Counted from the first letter of the stretch, positions 17,772 to 26,922 are shown. The stretch: 64,000 nucleotides of DNA from an archaeon (GCA_043797265.1 JAZDPV010000018.1:11268-75267), one strand, 5' to 3'. Translations and numbers: made by a program. Notes: generated by a model from the sequence alone, not told the origin.

Positions 17772-18070
17772 TGGATATTTGTCCGAAGTGTGGACTGCCT
17801 TTGGCGGCGTGTGTCTGCGGCGAGATTGCCAAGACGCAACAACAAATTGTTGTGAAGACCGAAAAAAGGCGTTTCGGAAAAGTTAATACGATTATAACCG
17901 GATTTGATAATGGCGTCGACGTTAAGGATCTCGCGAAGCGGCTCAAAATGAAGCGGGCTTGCGGTGGCACGACGAAAAACAATGTTATCGAATTACAGGG
18001 AAATCACAAAGGTCACATTAAACCGATTTTGGTTGAAATAGGATTTAGTGAAAATCAGATTGACGATTAG
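17771..18070 (+). CDS. Translation initiation factor SUI1 (aSUI1/eIF1 homolog)
   Basis: N-terminal CPKCGLP..CVCG zinc ribbon plus the SUI1 fold tract KRRFGKVNTIITGFDNGVDVKDLAKRLKMKRACGGT. Confidence 0.85.
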   Translation: MDICPKCGLPLAACVCGEIAKTQQQIVVKTEKRRFGKVNTIITGFDNGVDVKDLAKRLKMKRACGGTTKNNVIELQGNHKGHIKPILVEIGFSENQIDD

Positions 18071-18099
18071 CGCGTTTGCGTGAGGTGATAGAGAATAGA

Positions 18100-18447
18100 A
18101 TGGCAGAGAAAAAGGTAAGGAAGAAAATAGAAATAAAGGTCGAATGTAAAGATAGACTTTGTCCTCGGCATGGGGATAGGAAGTTGAAATTGAGGGGGCG
18201 GGTTTTTGAGGGGGTTGTGATTAGAAAATTTCCGAGGAGAGTCACGATTGAGTTTGAGAGGATGTTGAAGTTGCCGAAGTACGAGAGATATGAGAAAAGG
18301 AAAACCAAGATTCACGCGAGATTGCCGGATTGCATGAAGGATGAAGTTGCCGTTGGTGATTTGATTTTGATTGCGGAGACGCGACCAATTTCGAAGATGA
18401 TTCATTTTGTTGTTTCGAAAGTTGTTCGGAAGGGGGCGGGGGAATGA
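18100..18447 (+). CDS. rps17: 30S ribosomal protein S17
   Basis: CKDRLCPRHGD...GVVIRKFPRRVTIEFERM, S17 family. Confidence 0.9.
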   Translation: MAEKKVRKKIEIKVECKDRLCPRHGDRKLKLRGRVFEGVVIRKFPRRVTIEFERMLKLPKYERYEKRKTKIHARLPDCMKDEVAVGDLILIAETRPISKMIHFVVSKVVRKGAGE

Positions 18448-18507
18448 GATATGCTTTGATAGAAAAAGGGCTTCGCCAAATTTTATTTAATGTTTTGGAG
18501 GTAGAAA

Positions 18508-18714
18508 ATGAAGGCGATTAGTGCGCATCATGAGTATAAGGTGGGACTTAATTCTGGTAATTGGTATGGGGTTAGAGAGAGCGGGTTGCCGAGTGATAGA
18601 GAAGTTATTGGGGATTTAGAGGATGATAATAGTGTTTTTGCCTGTGGTCTTTTTGGCATTGGTACATCTAAAATAAAAAAACCTAAAGCGAGGAATGAAA
18701 ATGAAGGCGATTAG
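18508..18714 (+). CDS. Small ORF (68 aa) whose RBS and first 6 codons duplicate the L14 start
   Basis: gaaaatgaaggcgattagtg occurs at 18502 and again at 18694. The ORF body has no recognisable family. Confidence 0.3.
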   Translation: MKAISAHHEYKVGLNSGNWYGVRESGLPSDREVIGDLEDDNSVFACGLFGIGTSKIKKPKARNENEGD

Positions 18715-19102
18715 TGGGCGGGTGACGAGGGGGTTGAATATTGGGAGTTTGGTTGATGCGTGTGATAATAGCGGGGCGCGGATTGTAAAAATTGTGGCGG
18801 TGAAACACGGGAAGACGTCGAAGGGACGGCAGGGTTATGCGAAGGTTGCGGATTGGGTGAAGGTTTCGGTGAGAAAGGGAGACCCGAAGATGAAGGGCGA
18901 GGTTTTTGATGCGGTGGTTGTTCGGCAGAGAAAATCGTGGCGAAGAAACACGGGCGAGAGAGTTTGCTTTTCGGATAATGCGGTTGCGTTGTTCAAGGAC
19001 GAGAAGGGAAATCCGAAGGGGACGCAGATTAAGGGTGCGGTCGCGAGGGAAGTTCAGGAAAGATGGAAAGAAGTCGCTAAAATTGCGGGGAGTGTTTATT
19101 GA
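18701..19102 (+). CDS. rpl14: 50S ribosomal protein L14
   Basis: MKAISGRVTRGLNIGSLVDACDNSGARIVKIV, L14 family. Confidence 0.9.
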   Translation: MKAISGRVTRGLNIGSLVDACDNSGARIVKIVAVKHGKTSKGRQGYAKVADWVKVSVRKGDPKMKGEVFDAVVVRQRKSWRRNTGERVCFSDNAVALFKDEKGNPKGTQIKGAVAREVQERWKEVAKIAGSVY

Positions 19103-19228
19103 TGGGAAAATTAAAAATTTTCCCATGGGGATACGAGAAACTTTGTTTCTCGAGGGGATATGGCTTCGCCATGGAGATAGACGCTTCGCGTCGGGTGATT
19201 GCGCTTCGCGCGGGTGAATGGAGGAAAG

Positions 19229-19750
19229 ATGAAGTCGAAATTTAATAAATCGTGGAATGCGAGTGTGAAGCCAAGGAAACAGAGGAAGTTTTTGGTGAAT
19301 GCGCCGAATCACATTAGGCGAAAGTTGATGGGAGCGACGCTGGATAAGAGATTGAGGGCGAAGCATGGGGTGAGGAGTATTGAAGTTCGGAAGGGCGATG
19401 AGGTCAAGGTTATGAGAGGGAAGTTTGCGAAGAAGCAAGGGAAAGTTGGGGGGGTTGATGTTAAGAATTGCCGGATTCAGATTGATGGATTACAAAGAGA
19501 GAAAAAGGGTGGAGAGAAAGTTATGACGTGGTTCCATCCGTCGAGTGTGAAGATTGTTGTTTTGGATGATAGTGATAAAAGACGGTTTAAACGGAAAGGT
19601 TTGGAATCTGGGAAAGTAAAATTAAGAGAGGGGAAAAATGGCTCACGGATGAACACGGATGAGCACGGATTAAAGAATAAGGAAAATAGAAAAGTTGATA
19701 GAATCGTTAAGGGGAAAATAGATAAAATGGAAAAGGAGATTAAGAAATAA
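19229..19750 (+). CDS. rpl24: 50S ribosomal protein L24 (KOW) with C-terminal extension
   Basis: The KOW motif is [20 protein letters not shown]. The C-terminal [19 protein letters not shown] is encoded by the recurring motif. Confidence 0.85.
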   Translation: MKSKFNKSWNASVKPRKQRKFLVNAPNHIRRKLMGATLDKRLRAKHGVRSIEVRKGDEVKVMRGKFAKKQGKVGGVDVKNCRIQIDGLQREKKGGEKVMTWFHPSSVKIVVLDDSDKRRFKRKGLESGKVKLREGKNGSRMNTDEHGLKNKENRKVDRIVKGKIDKMEKEIKK

Positions 19751-20409
19751 TGGCGCATATAAAGAAAACTGAAATGCCGACGCTGTGGCCGATTTCGAGA
19801 AGAGGGAAGAGAAAGAGATTTATCGCTGTTCCTGCTCACGCGACTTCGAAGGGAATTAGTTTGTTGTTTTTACTTAGAGATGTTTTGAGAGTTGTTGAGA
19901 CGAGGAAAGAAGCGAGATATATGACGCTGAATGGGATGGTCAAAGTTAATAATGTTGTTCGGAAGGATGAGAATTTTCCGGTTCAGGTGTTCGATGTGTT
20001 AGGGTTAGAGAAGGGTGGATTGAATTATAGATTAGAGATTGTTAATGGAAAGTTTAGGTTGAATGAAATATCCGAGAAAGAGGCTGGGGAAAAAATTGTG
20101 AAGATTTCCGGGAAAAAGGTTTTGGGCAAGGATAAGATTCAGATGAATTTGGATGATGGGCAGAATGTTTTGAGCGGGGAGAAATTTTCCGTCGGTGATT
20201 CGGTTTTGTTTAATACGAAAGAGAAAAAAGTTGTGAAAATTTTGCCGTTAAAGAAGGGGGCAAAAGTTGAAATTGTTTTGGGAAAGCACGCGGGGGACAA
20301 GGGCGAGTTGGTTGGGTTTGAAGATTTGGCCCGCGGGCGGAATTATGAAATTAAATTGGGGGACAAGATTGTGAGATTGCCTTACAAAACTATCTTGGTG
20401 ATTGGATGA
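19750..20409 (+). CDS. rps4e: 30S ribosomal protein S4e
   Basis: [25 protein letters not shown]4e family. Confidence 0.9.
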   Translation: MAHIKKTEMPTLWPISRRGKRKRFIAVPAHATSKGISLLFLLRDVLRVVETRKEARYMTLNGMVKVNNVVRKDENFPVQVFDVLGLEKGGLNYRLEIVNGKFRLNEISEKEAGEKIVKISGKKVLGKDKIQMNLDDGQNVLSGEKFSVGDSVLFNTKEKKVVKILPLKKGAKVEIVLGKHAGDKGELVGFEDLARGRNYEIKLGDKIVRLPYKTILVIG

Positions 20410-20425
20410 TGGGGGTAGACGATAG

Positions 20426-20968
20426 ATGGTAGATGGTAATAATGTGATGAGAGAAATAAAACTGGAGAAGGTTATTTTGAATATCGGGGGCGTCGAGGAT
20501 AAATTGAATAGAGGGGCGATTTTGCTGGAGAAAATTTCGGGGAAGAAAGTGGTGAAGGTCAAGGCGACAAAGAGGATTCCGAGCTGGAATGTTCGGCCGG
20601 GACTTGAGGTTGGTGTCAAGGTTACGTTGAGGGGCGACGACGCGCTGGAGATGGTGAAGAAGTTGTTGCCGGCGATTGATAATATTTTGAAGGAGAAGCA
20701 GATTCAGGATAATTGTTTTTCGTTCGGGATTCATGAGTATATCGAGATTCCGGGAGCTGAGTATATTCGGGAAGTTGGGATTATGGGGTTCGAGGTGACG
20801 GTTGTTTTTAGCCGGGCGGGAAAGAGTGTCGAGCAGAAAAAAATTAAGCGAGGCAAGATGCGAAGGTCGGTTGTGACGAGGAAGGAAATTGAGGATTATG
20901 TTGTAGATAAATTTGGGACGGAAATTTTGCGGAAGGAAAAGAAGTTGGAGGGGGAAGATGAGGAATAG
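20426..20968 (+). CDS. rpl5: 50S ribosomal protein L5
   Basis: MREIKLEKVILNIG...FSFGIHEYIEIPG, L5 family. Confidence 0.9.
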   Translation: MVDGNNVMREIKLEKVILNIGGVEDKLNRGAILLEKISGKKVVKVKATKRIPSWNVRPGLEVGVKVTLRGDDALEMVKKLLPAIDNILKEKQIQDNCFSFGIHEYIEIPGAEYIREVGIMGFEVTVVFSRAGKSVEQKKIKRGKMRRSVVTRKEIEDYVVDKFGTEILRKEKKLEGEDEE

Positions 20969-21024
20969 AAATAATGGCTCACTAATGAACACGAATGAAC
21001 ACAGATTTAAATTAAATAGGGAAG

Positions 21025-21267
21025 TTGGGGGAGGATATGACGTCGAGTGATTGGAGGAAGATAACGAAGCAGTTGAGGGGGAAGCCGGCGGTGTTGAAAA
21101 AGTTTTTGAAACATAATAAACCGAAGGCGAGGAAATTTGGCGTCGCTGTTAATAAATGCGAGGTTTGCGGGCGGACCGGGGCTCATATATCAAGTTATAA
21201 TCTAAATTTGTGCCGACATTGTTTCAGGGAATTGGCGGTTGAATTGGGGTTTAAGAAATACTCATGA
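21025..21267 (+). CDS. rps14: 30S ribosomal protein S14 (zinc type, S29e-like)
   Basis: CEVCGRTGAHISSYNLNLCRHCFRELA is a C4 zinc ribbon. Confidence 0.85.
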   Translation: MGEDMTSSDWRKITKQLRGKPAVLKKFLKHNKPKARKFGVAVNKCEVCGRTGAHISSYNLNLCRHCFRELAVELGFKKYS

Positions 21268-21313
21268 GAAGGAAAATAGATAATAGAAAATTGGAAATAG
21301 GAGGAAATTTCAG

Positions 21314-21685
21314 ATGAGTCATGATGTTGTTGCGGACGGGTTGAATCAGATAATGAACGCGAAAGCGGTGGAGAAGGGTGAGGTTGTGATTAGACGGGGT
21401 TCGAAAGTTTTGGTTAAATTATTTAAGATGATGAAAGAGTTGGGGCATATTGATTATAAGATTGAGGACGGGGATATTATTGTCAGGATTTTGAAGTTAA
21501 ATGAATGCCGGGCGGTGAAGCCGAGATATTTTGTCGGGGTTGATGGGATTGACAGGTACCTTAGGAGATTTTTGCCGTCGAGAAATTTCGGAACTTTAGT
21601 TATTTCTACGAACAAGGGATTGATAACGCACAAGGAAGCTTTGAAATTAAATATTGGGGGAAGCGTTGTTGCTTATTTTTACTGA
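21314..21685 (+). CDS. rps8: 30S ribosomal protein S8
   Basis: DVVADGLNQIMNAKAVEKGEVVI...GLITHKEALKLNIGGSVVAYFY. Confidence 0.9.
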   Translation: MSHDVVADGLNQIMNAKAVEKGEVVIRRGSKVLVKLFKMMKELGHIDYKIEDGDIIVRILKLNECRAVKPRYFVGVDGIDRYLRRFLPSRNFGTLVISTNKGLITHKEALKLNIGGSVVAYFY

Positions 21686-22266
21686 TGAATAAAGATTTGA
21701 TGAGAGAGATTGAAATTCCGACGGGGGTTGAAGTTTGTGTTAACGGGAATGAGGTTGTTGTGAGAGGGAGCGGAAAGGAGTTGAGAAAAAGTTTTGATAA
21801 AGGGAAGGTTGTGATTGAAGTCAAGGACGGGAAAATTGTTTTGAGTGTTTCGGGGGCGAGTCGTCGGGAATCGAAGATGATTGGAACGATTTGGGCGCAT
21901 TTGAAAAATATGATTAAGGGAGTTGGCGAAAATTTTGTTTATGAGCTGGAGATTTGCAATATTCATTTTCCGATGAACGTTTCCGTTGTTGAAACAACGG
22001 AAAAGGGTACAGGCATCAGGAATCAGAATTCAGGCAAGGTTGTGATTAAAAGTTTTTTGGGGAGAGTGAAGGAGAGAGTTGCGCGGATTATGCCGGGGGT
22101 GAGTGTTGAAGTGAAAGGGAATAAGATTGTCGTTAGTTCAGGAGACATTGAGGCGGCAGGACAGACCGCGGCGAATTTAGAGAAAGCGACGAGGCTGGTT
22201 GGTCGGGATAGGAGAGTTTTTCAGGATGGAATTTACATAACTAAAAAACCTTATAGGAATATTTAA
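21685..22266 (+). CDS. rpl6: 50S ribosomal protein L6
   Basis: Two-domain L6 pattern (IEIPTGVEVCVNGNEVVVRG...). Confidence 0.9.
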   Translation: MNKDLMREIEIPTGVEVCVNGNEVVVRGSGKELRKSFDKGKVVIEVKDGKIVLSVSGASRRESKMIGTIWAHLKNMIKGVGENFVYELEICNIHFPMNVSVVETTEKGTGIRNQNSGKVVIKSFLGRVKERVARIMPGVSVEVKGNKIVVSSGDIEAAGQTAANLEKATRLVGRDRRVFQDGIYITKKPYRNI

Positions 22267-22267
22267 G

Positions 22268-22618
22268 ATGGAAAGAAAGAAGCCGAAATTTTTGAGGAAG
22301 GACTGGCACAAGGAAATTAAACTCGGGAGGACGGTGAAGAAATTGCGGAAGTGGCGGGCGGCGAAGGGGAGACATAACAAGATTAGATTGAGTAGGAGAG
22401 GACAGTCGCGGAGGCCGAAGATTGGATGGTCATTAGGGGGCAGTAGGAAGGGAGTTGGTGGTAAGTATGTTTTGAATTTGAAGGATTTATCGTCGGTAAA
22501 AAAAGGTGAGGGAATTTTGATTGGGGCCGTTGGGGGGAAGAAGAGAAAGGAAATTGTTGCGAAGGCGAATGATATGGCTGTTAAGATTTTGAATAAATAT
22601 AAGGTGGTGAAAAAATGA
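22268..22618 (+). CDS. rpl32e: 50S ribosomal protein L32e
   Basis: KFLRKDWHKEIKLGRTVKKLRKWRAAKGRHNKIR. Confidence 0.9.
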   Translation: MERKKPKFLRKDWHKEIKLGRTVKKLRKWRAAKGRHNKIRLSRRGQSRRPKIGWSLGGSRKGVGGKYVLNLKDLSSVKKGEGILIGAVGGKKRKEIVAKANDMAVKILNKYKVVKK

Positions 22619-23019
22619 ATTTGGCTAAGCGAAAAGAGTTGGCGGCGAAAGTTTTTGGGGTCGGGAAAGGCCGGATTATTTTTGTGAAAGATAATTTACC
22701 TGAAATTAAAGAGGCGATTACGCGGATGGATATTATTGATTTGCATAAATCGGGAGCAATTAAAATTAGAGAGATTAGGGGACGGAAGAAAATTGTGAGA
22801 AGGCGACATAGAAGAAGAGTTGGAAAAGTTAAAGGGAAGGTTAGTGATAAGAAGGCGGAGTATGTGATAATCACGAGGAAGTTGCGGAAGTTTGTGAGAG
22901 GATTGGTGAGGGCGGGAAAAATTAAGAGAGAGAGAAGCGGGGAAATTCGGAAAGAGATTCGAGCGCGGAAGTTCAAGAGCAAAAGACATCTTAAAGAAAT
23001 TTTGGAGGAAGGGGAATGA
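22615..23019 (+). CDS. rpl19e: 50S ribosomal protein L19e
   Basis: LAKRKELAAKVFGVGKGRI...RGRKKIVRRRHRRR. Confidence 0.9.
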   Translation: MNLAKRKELAAKVFGVGKGRIIFVKDNLPEIKEAITRMDIIDLHKSGAIKIREIRGRKKIVRRRHRRRVGKVKGKVSDKKAEYVIITRKLRKFVRGLVRAGKIKRERSGEIRKEIRARKFKSKRHLKEILEEGE

Positions 23020-23089
23020 AAGTTTTGGCGGGGCTTTGCCCGAGGTTGTTTGGCGGCGGAAGGAATTTAAATGATGGTTTGAGGGGATT

Positions 23090-23590
23090 GTGATGGCAGG
23101 ATTAAGGACGATGAAGCGAAGGAGAAAGGAAGGGCGGACGGATTACAAGTTGAGACTGGGGCTGTTGAAGAGCGGGTTGCCGAGGATTGTGATTAGAAGG
23201 ACGAACAAATATTTTATCGTGCAGGCGGTCGAGAGTGTTGAGGCACAGGACGGGGTTGTCGCGACTATTAGTTCGAAGGAGTTGTTGAAATATGATTGGG
23301 ATGAGAAGAAGGGCGGGAGTTTGAAATCTATTCCGGCTGGATACCTCACGGGTTTTTTATTCGCCAAGAAACTGAAAAATAAAAACAAGTATATTGTTGA
23401 TTTAGGGATGGCCCGGACCGAGAAAGGATGCAGGGTGTTTGCCGTCGTCAAGGGGTTGATTGATGGTGGCGTGAACATTGATGTTGATGAAAAAGTTTTT
23501 CCGTCTGGGGAAAGATTGGCGGGTGAGCATTTGGAAGACGGGATTAAAGAAATGATTGTAAAAGTTCGGGAGAAATTGAGGAATGGCTAA
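23090..23590 (+). CDS. rpl18: 50S ribosomal protein L18 (L5e)
   Basis: RRRKEGRTDYKLRLGLLKSGLPRIVIRRTNKYFIVQ. Confidence 0.9.
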   Translation: MMAGLRTMKRRRKEGRTDYKLRLGLLKSGLPRIVIRRTNKYFIVQAVESVEAQDGVVATISSKELLKYDWDEKKGGSLKSIPAGYLTGFLFAKKLKNKNKYIVDLGMARTEKGCRVFAVVKGLIDGGVNIDVDEKVFPSGERLAGEHLEDGIKEMIVKVREKLRNG

Positions 23591-24419
23591 GAAAAAAGTT
23601 GCGGGGGATGCAGACGTCAAGGAGCAGTTGGAGGAGATGGTTGATGTGGTGGACGCCAAGGAGAAAGTGGAAGAGGAAAAGGTGTCGAAGGAATTTGACG
23701 AGAAGGCGAAGGTCGAGGAGAGGAGTGAATTTAAACGGGAGACGAAAGAGGAAAGATTTGCGAGAGAAGATTACGAGAAGTTGGAGAGATGGATACCGAG
23801 GACTGAGTTGGGGCGCAAGGTCAGGGCGGGGAAAATCAAGGATATTGACGAGATTTTGAAGGATGGGAAAAAAATTATGGAGTCGGAGATTGTTGATTTG
23901 CTGGTTCGTGGTTTGAAGGTGGACACTTTGTTTATCGGGCAGGCGAAGGGAAAGTTTGGCGGAGGGAAGAGACGGGCGTTCAGGCAGACGCAGAAGAAAA
24001 CGAAGGAAGGAAATGTTTTGACTTTTGGAGTGATGGCTGTTGTTGGCGATGAGCATGGGCACGTTGGGCTTGGTTATGGGCGAGCGTCTGAGACATTGCC
24101 GGCGAAGGAAAAAGCGATTAGGAAAGCGAAATTGAGTATTGTGAAAATTCCGAGGGGGTGTGCGAGTTATAATTGTTCGTGTGATGGGGAACATAGTATC
24201 CCCTTGGCCGTCGAGGGGAAATGCTCTTCAGTGGTTATTAAGTTGATGCCAGCGCCTCAGGGAACGGGGTTGGTTGTTGGGGACGAGATGAAAAAGATTT
24301 TGAGGATGGTCGGGATAAAGGATGTCTATAGCCAGACCGAGGGAAAAATCAGGACGACGTTTAATGCGGCGAAAGCGTTGATGGTTGCGTTGAATAAATT
24401 GAATGAGGTGAGAATATGA
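23583..24419 (+). CDS. rps5: 30S ribosomal protein S5 with ~85 aa acidic/lysine-rich N-terminal extension
   Basis: S5 core (GKFGGGKRRAF...VGLGYGRASE...GTGLVVGDEMKKIL). It is preceded by an EEKVSKEFDEKAKVEERSEF... low-complexity region. Confidence 0.9.
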   Translation: MAKKKVAGDADVKEQLEEMVDVVDAKEKVEEEKVSKEFDEKAKVEERSEFKRETKEERFAREDYEKLERWIPRTELGRKVRAGKIKDIDEILKDGKKIMESEIVDLLVRGLKVDTLFIGQAKGKFGGGKRRAFRQTQKKTKEGNVLTFGVMAVVGDEHGHVGLGYGRASETLPAKEKAIRKAKLSIVKIPRGCASYNCSCDGEHSIPLAVEGKCSSVVIKLMPAPQGTGLVVGDEMKKILRMVGIKDVYSQTEGKIRTTFNAAKALMVALNKLNEVRI

Positions 24420-24489
24420 AAATCGTAGATTTTCATGGTGATAATCGTTTTGCGATTGGATGTATGACTTTGTCATGGGTGGTTGTGAG

Positions 24490-24831
24490 ATGATATTGGT
24501 CGTGAGGATTGCGGGGCAGGCGAGGAAGAAGGCGAAGGATAGTGAGACCTTGAGGCGGTTGAGGTTGGGAAAGAAGTTTAGTTGTATTCTTGTCGACGAG
24601 AAAGATGATGTGAGGATAGGGATGGTGCGAGCGGTGGGATACATGGTTGCTTACGGGAAAGTTGAGGACGATTTTGTGAAAGAGTTGAAGAAGATGCGGA
24701 AAGACAAGGATGGGGTTTATTTTTTGCATCCGCCTCGAGGTGGGTTTAAGAAGAGTTCGAAAGTTGCGACGCCGAAGGGAATCCTTGGGAAAAATGAAGA
24801 TATCACTAAATTAGTGGAGAGGATGTTATGA
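24490..24831 (+). CDS. rpl30: 50S ribosomal protein L30
   Basis: MILVVRIAGQARKKAKDSETLRRLRLGKKFSCILV. An upstream ATG at 24460 is an alternative start. Confidence 0.85.
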   Translation: MILVVRIAGQARKKAKDSETLRRLRLGKKFSCILVDEKDDVRIGMVRAVGYMVAYGKVEDDFVKELKKMRKDKDGVYFLHPPRGGFKKSSKVATPKGILGKNEDITKLVERML

Positions 24832-24928
24832 AAAAATCGGGGATTTTTTCGGGCGTTAGGTTGCTTCGCTTGTGGGTGTTGGGTCACTTCGCTTGTGGGA
24901 ACTTGAGTAACATTGCGGGAGTATTAAG

Positions 24929-25378
24929 ATGAGAGTTCATAAGAGGAAGAAGTCATCGAGAATTCGTGGGGGAAAAACTTGCGGGTGGGGATTTAGGCAG
25001 AAGCACAAGGGGCATGGGAATAAAGGTGGGACTGGAATGGCTGGGAGCGGGAAGAGGGCGGACCATAAAAAACAATCTGCGTTGATGTCTGATGAGAAAG
25101 GGCAGTATTTTGGGAAGCAGGGGGCGACGTCGCGAGGAACAAAAAAGAAAAAATATGAAAAAATTAATTTGTGCGATATTCGGGCTAACTTTGATGGGAA
25201 TAAGATTGATTTGAGTAAGCATAAGATTCTTGGGAAGGGCGAAGGGTTTAAGGCGGAAATTTTGGCGAAGAGCGCGAGTGTGAGCGCGATTGAAAAGATG
25301 GAGAAGGCGGGTGGTCGAATTCTTATTGTGAATTCGAAGAAATCAGGTGTCAGAAATCAGGTGTCAGAGGAAAATTAA
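24929..25378 (+). CDS. rpl15: 50S ribosomal protein L15
   Basis: RIRGGKTCGWGFRQKHKGHGNKGGTGMAGSGKR. Confidence 0.9.
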   Translation: MRVHKRKKSSRIRGGKTCGWGFRQKHKGHGNKGGTGMAGSGKRADHKKQSALMSDEKGQYFGKQGATSRGTKKKKYEKINLCDIRANFDGNKIDLSKHKILGKGEGFKAEILAKSASVSAIEKMEKAGGRILIVNSKKSGVRNQVSEEN

Positions 25379-25425
25379 AGTTAATTCTACAAAACTTTAT
25401 AAAAGAATTTTATGTTCATTAAATC

Positions 25426-26802
25426 ATGGGCTTAAAATGGTTATTGCATAATTTGCCTGAGGTTCGGGCGCCGACGGAGAAGAAGGTTAGTTTTAATGTT
25501 AAATTGAAATGGACACTGGTTATTTTGGTTGGGTTTTTTGTTCTTTGCAATATTCCGTTGTTTGGCATTACAGAGAGTGCGTTGTCGCGGTTTGAGTATT
25601 TGGCGATTTTGTTGGGAACGGATTTTGGTTCGATTATTTCGCTGGGTATTGGGCCTATCGTCATGGCTTCGATTATTTTGCAATTGTTGAATGGAGCGGG
25701 GATTTTGAATATTGATACGAATACCGACGAGGGCAAGAAGTTTTTTCAGGGGGTGCAGAAATTGCTGGTTTTTGCGTTTGTGATTTTTGAGTCGATGGTT
25801 TATGTTTTGATGAGAGGGATTGCGGCCGAACCGGGTTTTGCGGGGCTTGTTATTTTTCAATTGATTATCGGGGGGCTCTTGATTGTTTTTATGGACGAGG
25901 TTGTGCAGAAGTGGGGCTTTGGTTCGGGGGTTAGTTTGTTTATTGCGGCCGGGATTGGGTGGAGATTGTTTGCTCAGTTGTTCCAGTTTATCGGGCCGAC
26001 TGGGGCGTTTGAGGCGACTGGTAAAGTTTTAGCGATTGTTGCCGCGATTATTTCTGGAGGGGCTGGGACGGGGACTGAGGTTTTGAGAAATTTATTTCCG
26101 ATTATTGCTACTGCTGTTTTGTTTTTGGCGGTTGTGTTTGCGCAGAGTTTGAAGGTCGAGATTCCGCTGGCGTTTGACAGGATTCGCGGGCATTCGGTAA
26201 AGTGGCCGCTGCAATTTTTTTATGCGGGGGTTATTCCGGTGATTTTGGTTTCGGCTTTGGTTGCTAATTTGCAGTTGTTTGCGTCGCTGTTGCAGAATTG
26301 GCTGGGGCACGCGACTTTCCTCGGTGGATTTAGTTCGGGCGGGCAGGCAATTTCGGGTTTGTCTTTTTGGGTTCACTCTACTCCTATTTTGGAGACAATT
26401 ATCACCGGGAGTTTTAGATGGATTTATGCCGGGCAGGCGGTGGTTCATATTTTGTTTTATACTTTGTTTTCGATTGTGTTTTCTTTCTTTTGGGTCGGGA
26501 CTTCAGGGATGGACGCGAGGAGTCAGGCGAACAAGATTGTTCATTCTGGGATGAGCATGCCGGGGTTTAGGAAGGACGAGAGAGTTTTGGAATCGATTTT
26601 GAAAAGGTATGTGACGCCGTTGACAGTGATGGGTGGTGCGGCGATTGGGCTTTTGGCATCGGTGGCGAACTTGCTTGGGGCGTTAGTTGGCGGGACGGCG
26701 ATTCTTTTGGCGATTATGATTTTGTATCAGTTGTATCAGAACATCGCGCAGCAGCATGCGGTCGACATGAATCCGGCGCTCAAGGGTTTCTTTGGTGCTT
26801 GA
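25426..26802 (+). CDS. secY: Preprotein translocase subunit SecY
   Basis: 458 aa with 10 TM helices, at the SecY position after L15. Confidence 0.95.
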   Translation: MGLKWLLHNLPEVRAPTEKKVSFNVKLKWTLVILVGFFVLCNIPLFGITESALSRFEYLAILLGTDFGSIISLGIGPIVMASIILQLLNGAGILNIDTNTDEGKKFFQGVQKLLVFAFVIFESMVYVLMRGIAAEPGFAGLVIFQLIIGGLLIVFMDEVVQKWGFGSGVSLFIAAGIGWRLFAQLFQFIGPTGAFEATGKVLAIVAAIISGGAGTGTEVLRNLFPIIATAVLFLAVVFAQSLKVEIPLAFDRIRGHSVKWPLQFFYAGVIPVILVSALVANLQLFASLLQNWLGHATFLGGFSSGGQAISGLSFWVHSTPILETIITGSFRWIYAGQAVVHILFYTLFSIVFSFFWVGTSGMDARSQANKIVHSGMSMPGFRKDERVLESILKRYVTPLTVMGGAAIGLLASVANLLGALVGGTAILLAIMILYQLYQNIAQQHAVDMNPALKGFFGA

Positions 26803-26849
26803 GCGCAGTTGGTAGTGAGTAGTTTTTAGTTGGTAGTGTTTAAAGATAA

Positions 26850-26873
26850 GGCAACTTTGTTGCCGATTTTTTT
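26850..26873 (+). terminator. Hairpin GGCAAC-TTT-GTTGCC followed by a T7 run, downstream of secY
   Basis: A perfect 6-bp stem read directly in the sequence, followed by gatttttttg. Confidence 0.6.
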
Positions 26874-26922
26874 GACTTGGCTACTTGGATGAATTTATAT
26901 ATTTTGATTTGTTTTATTTTTT

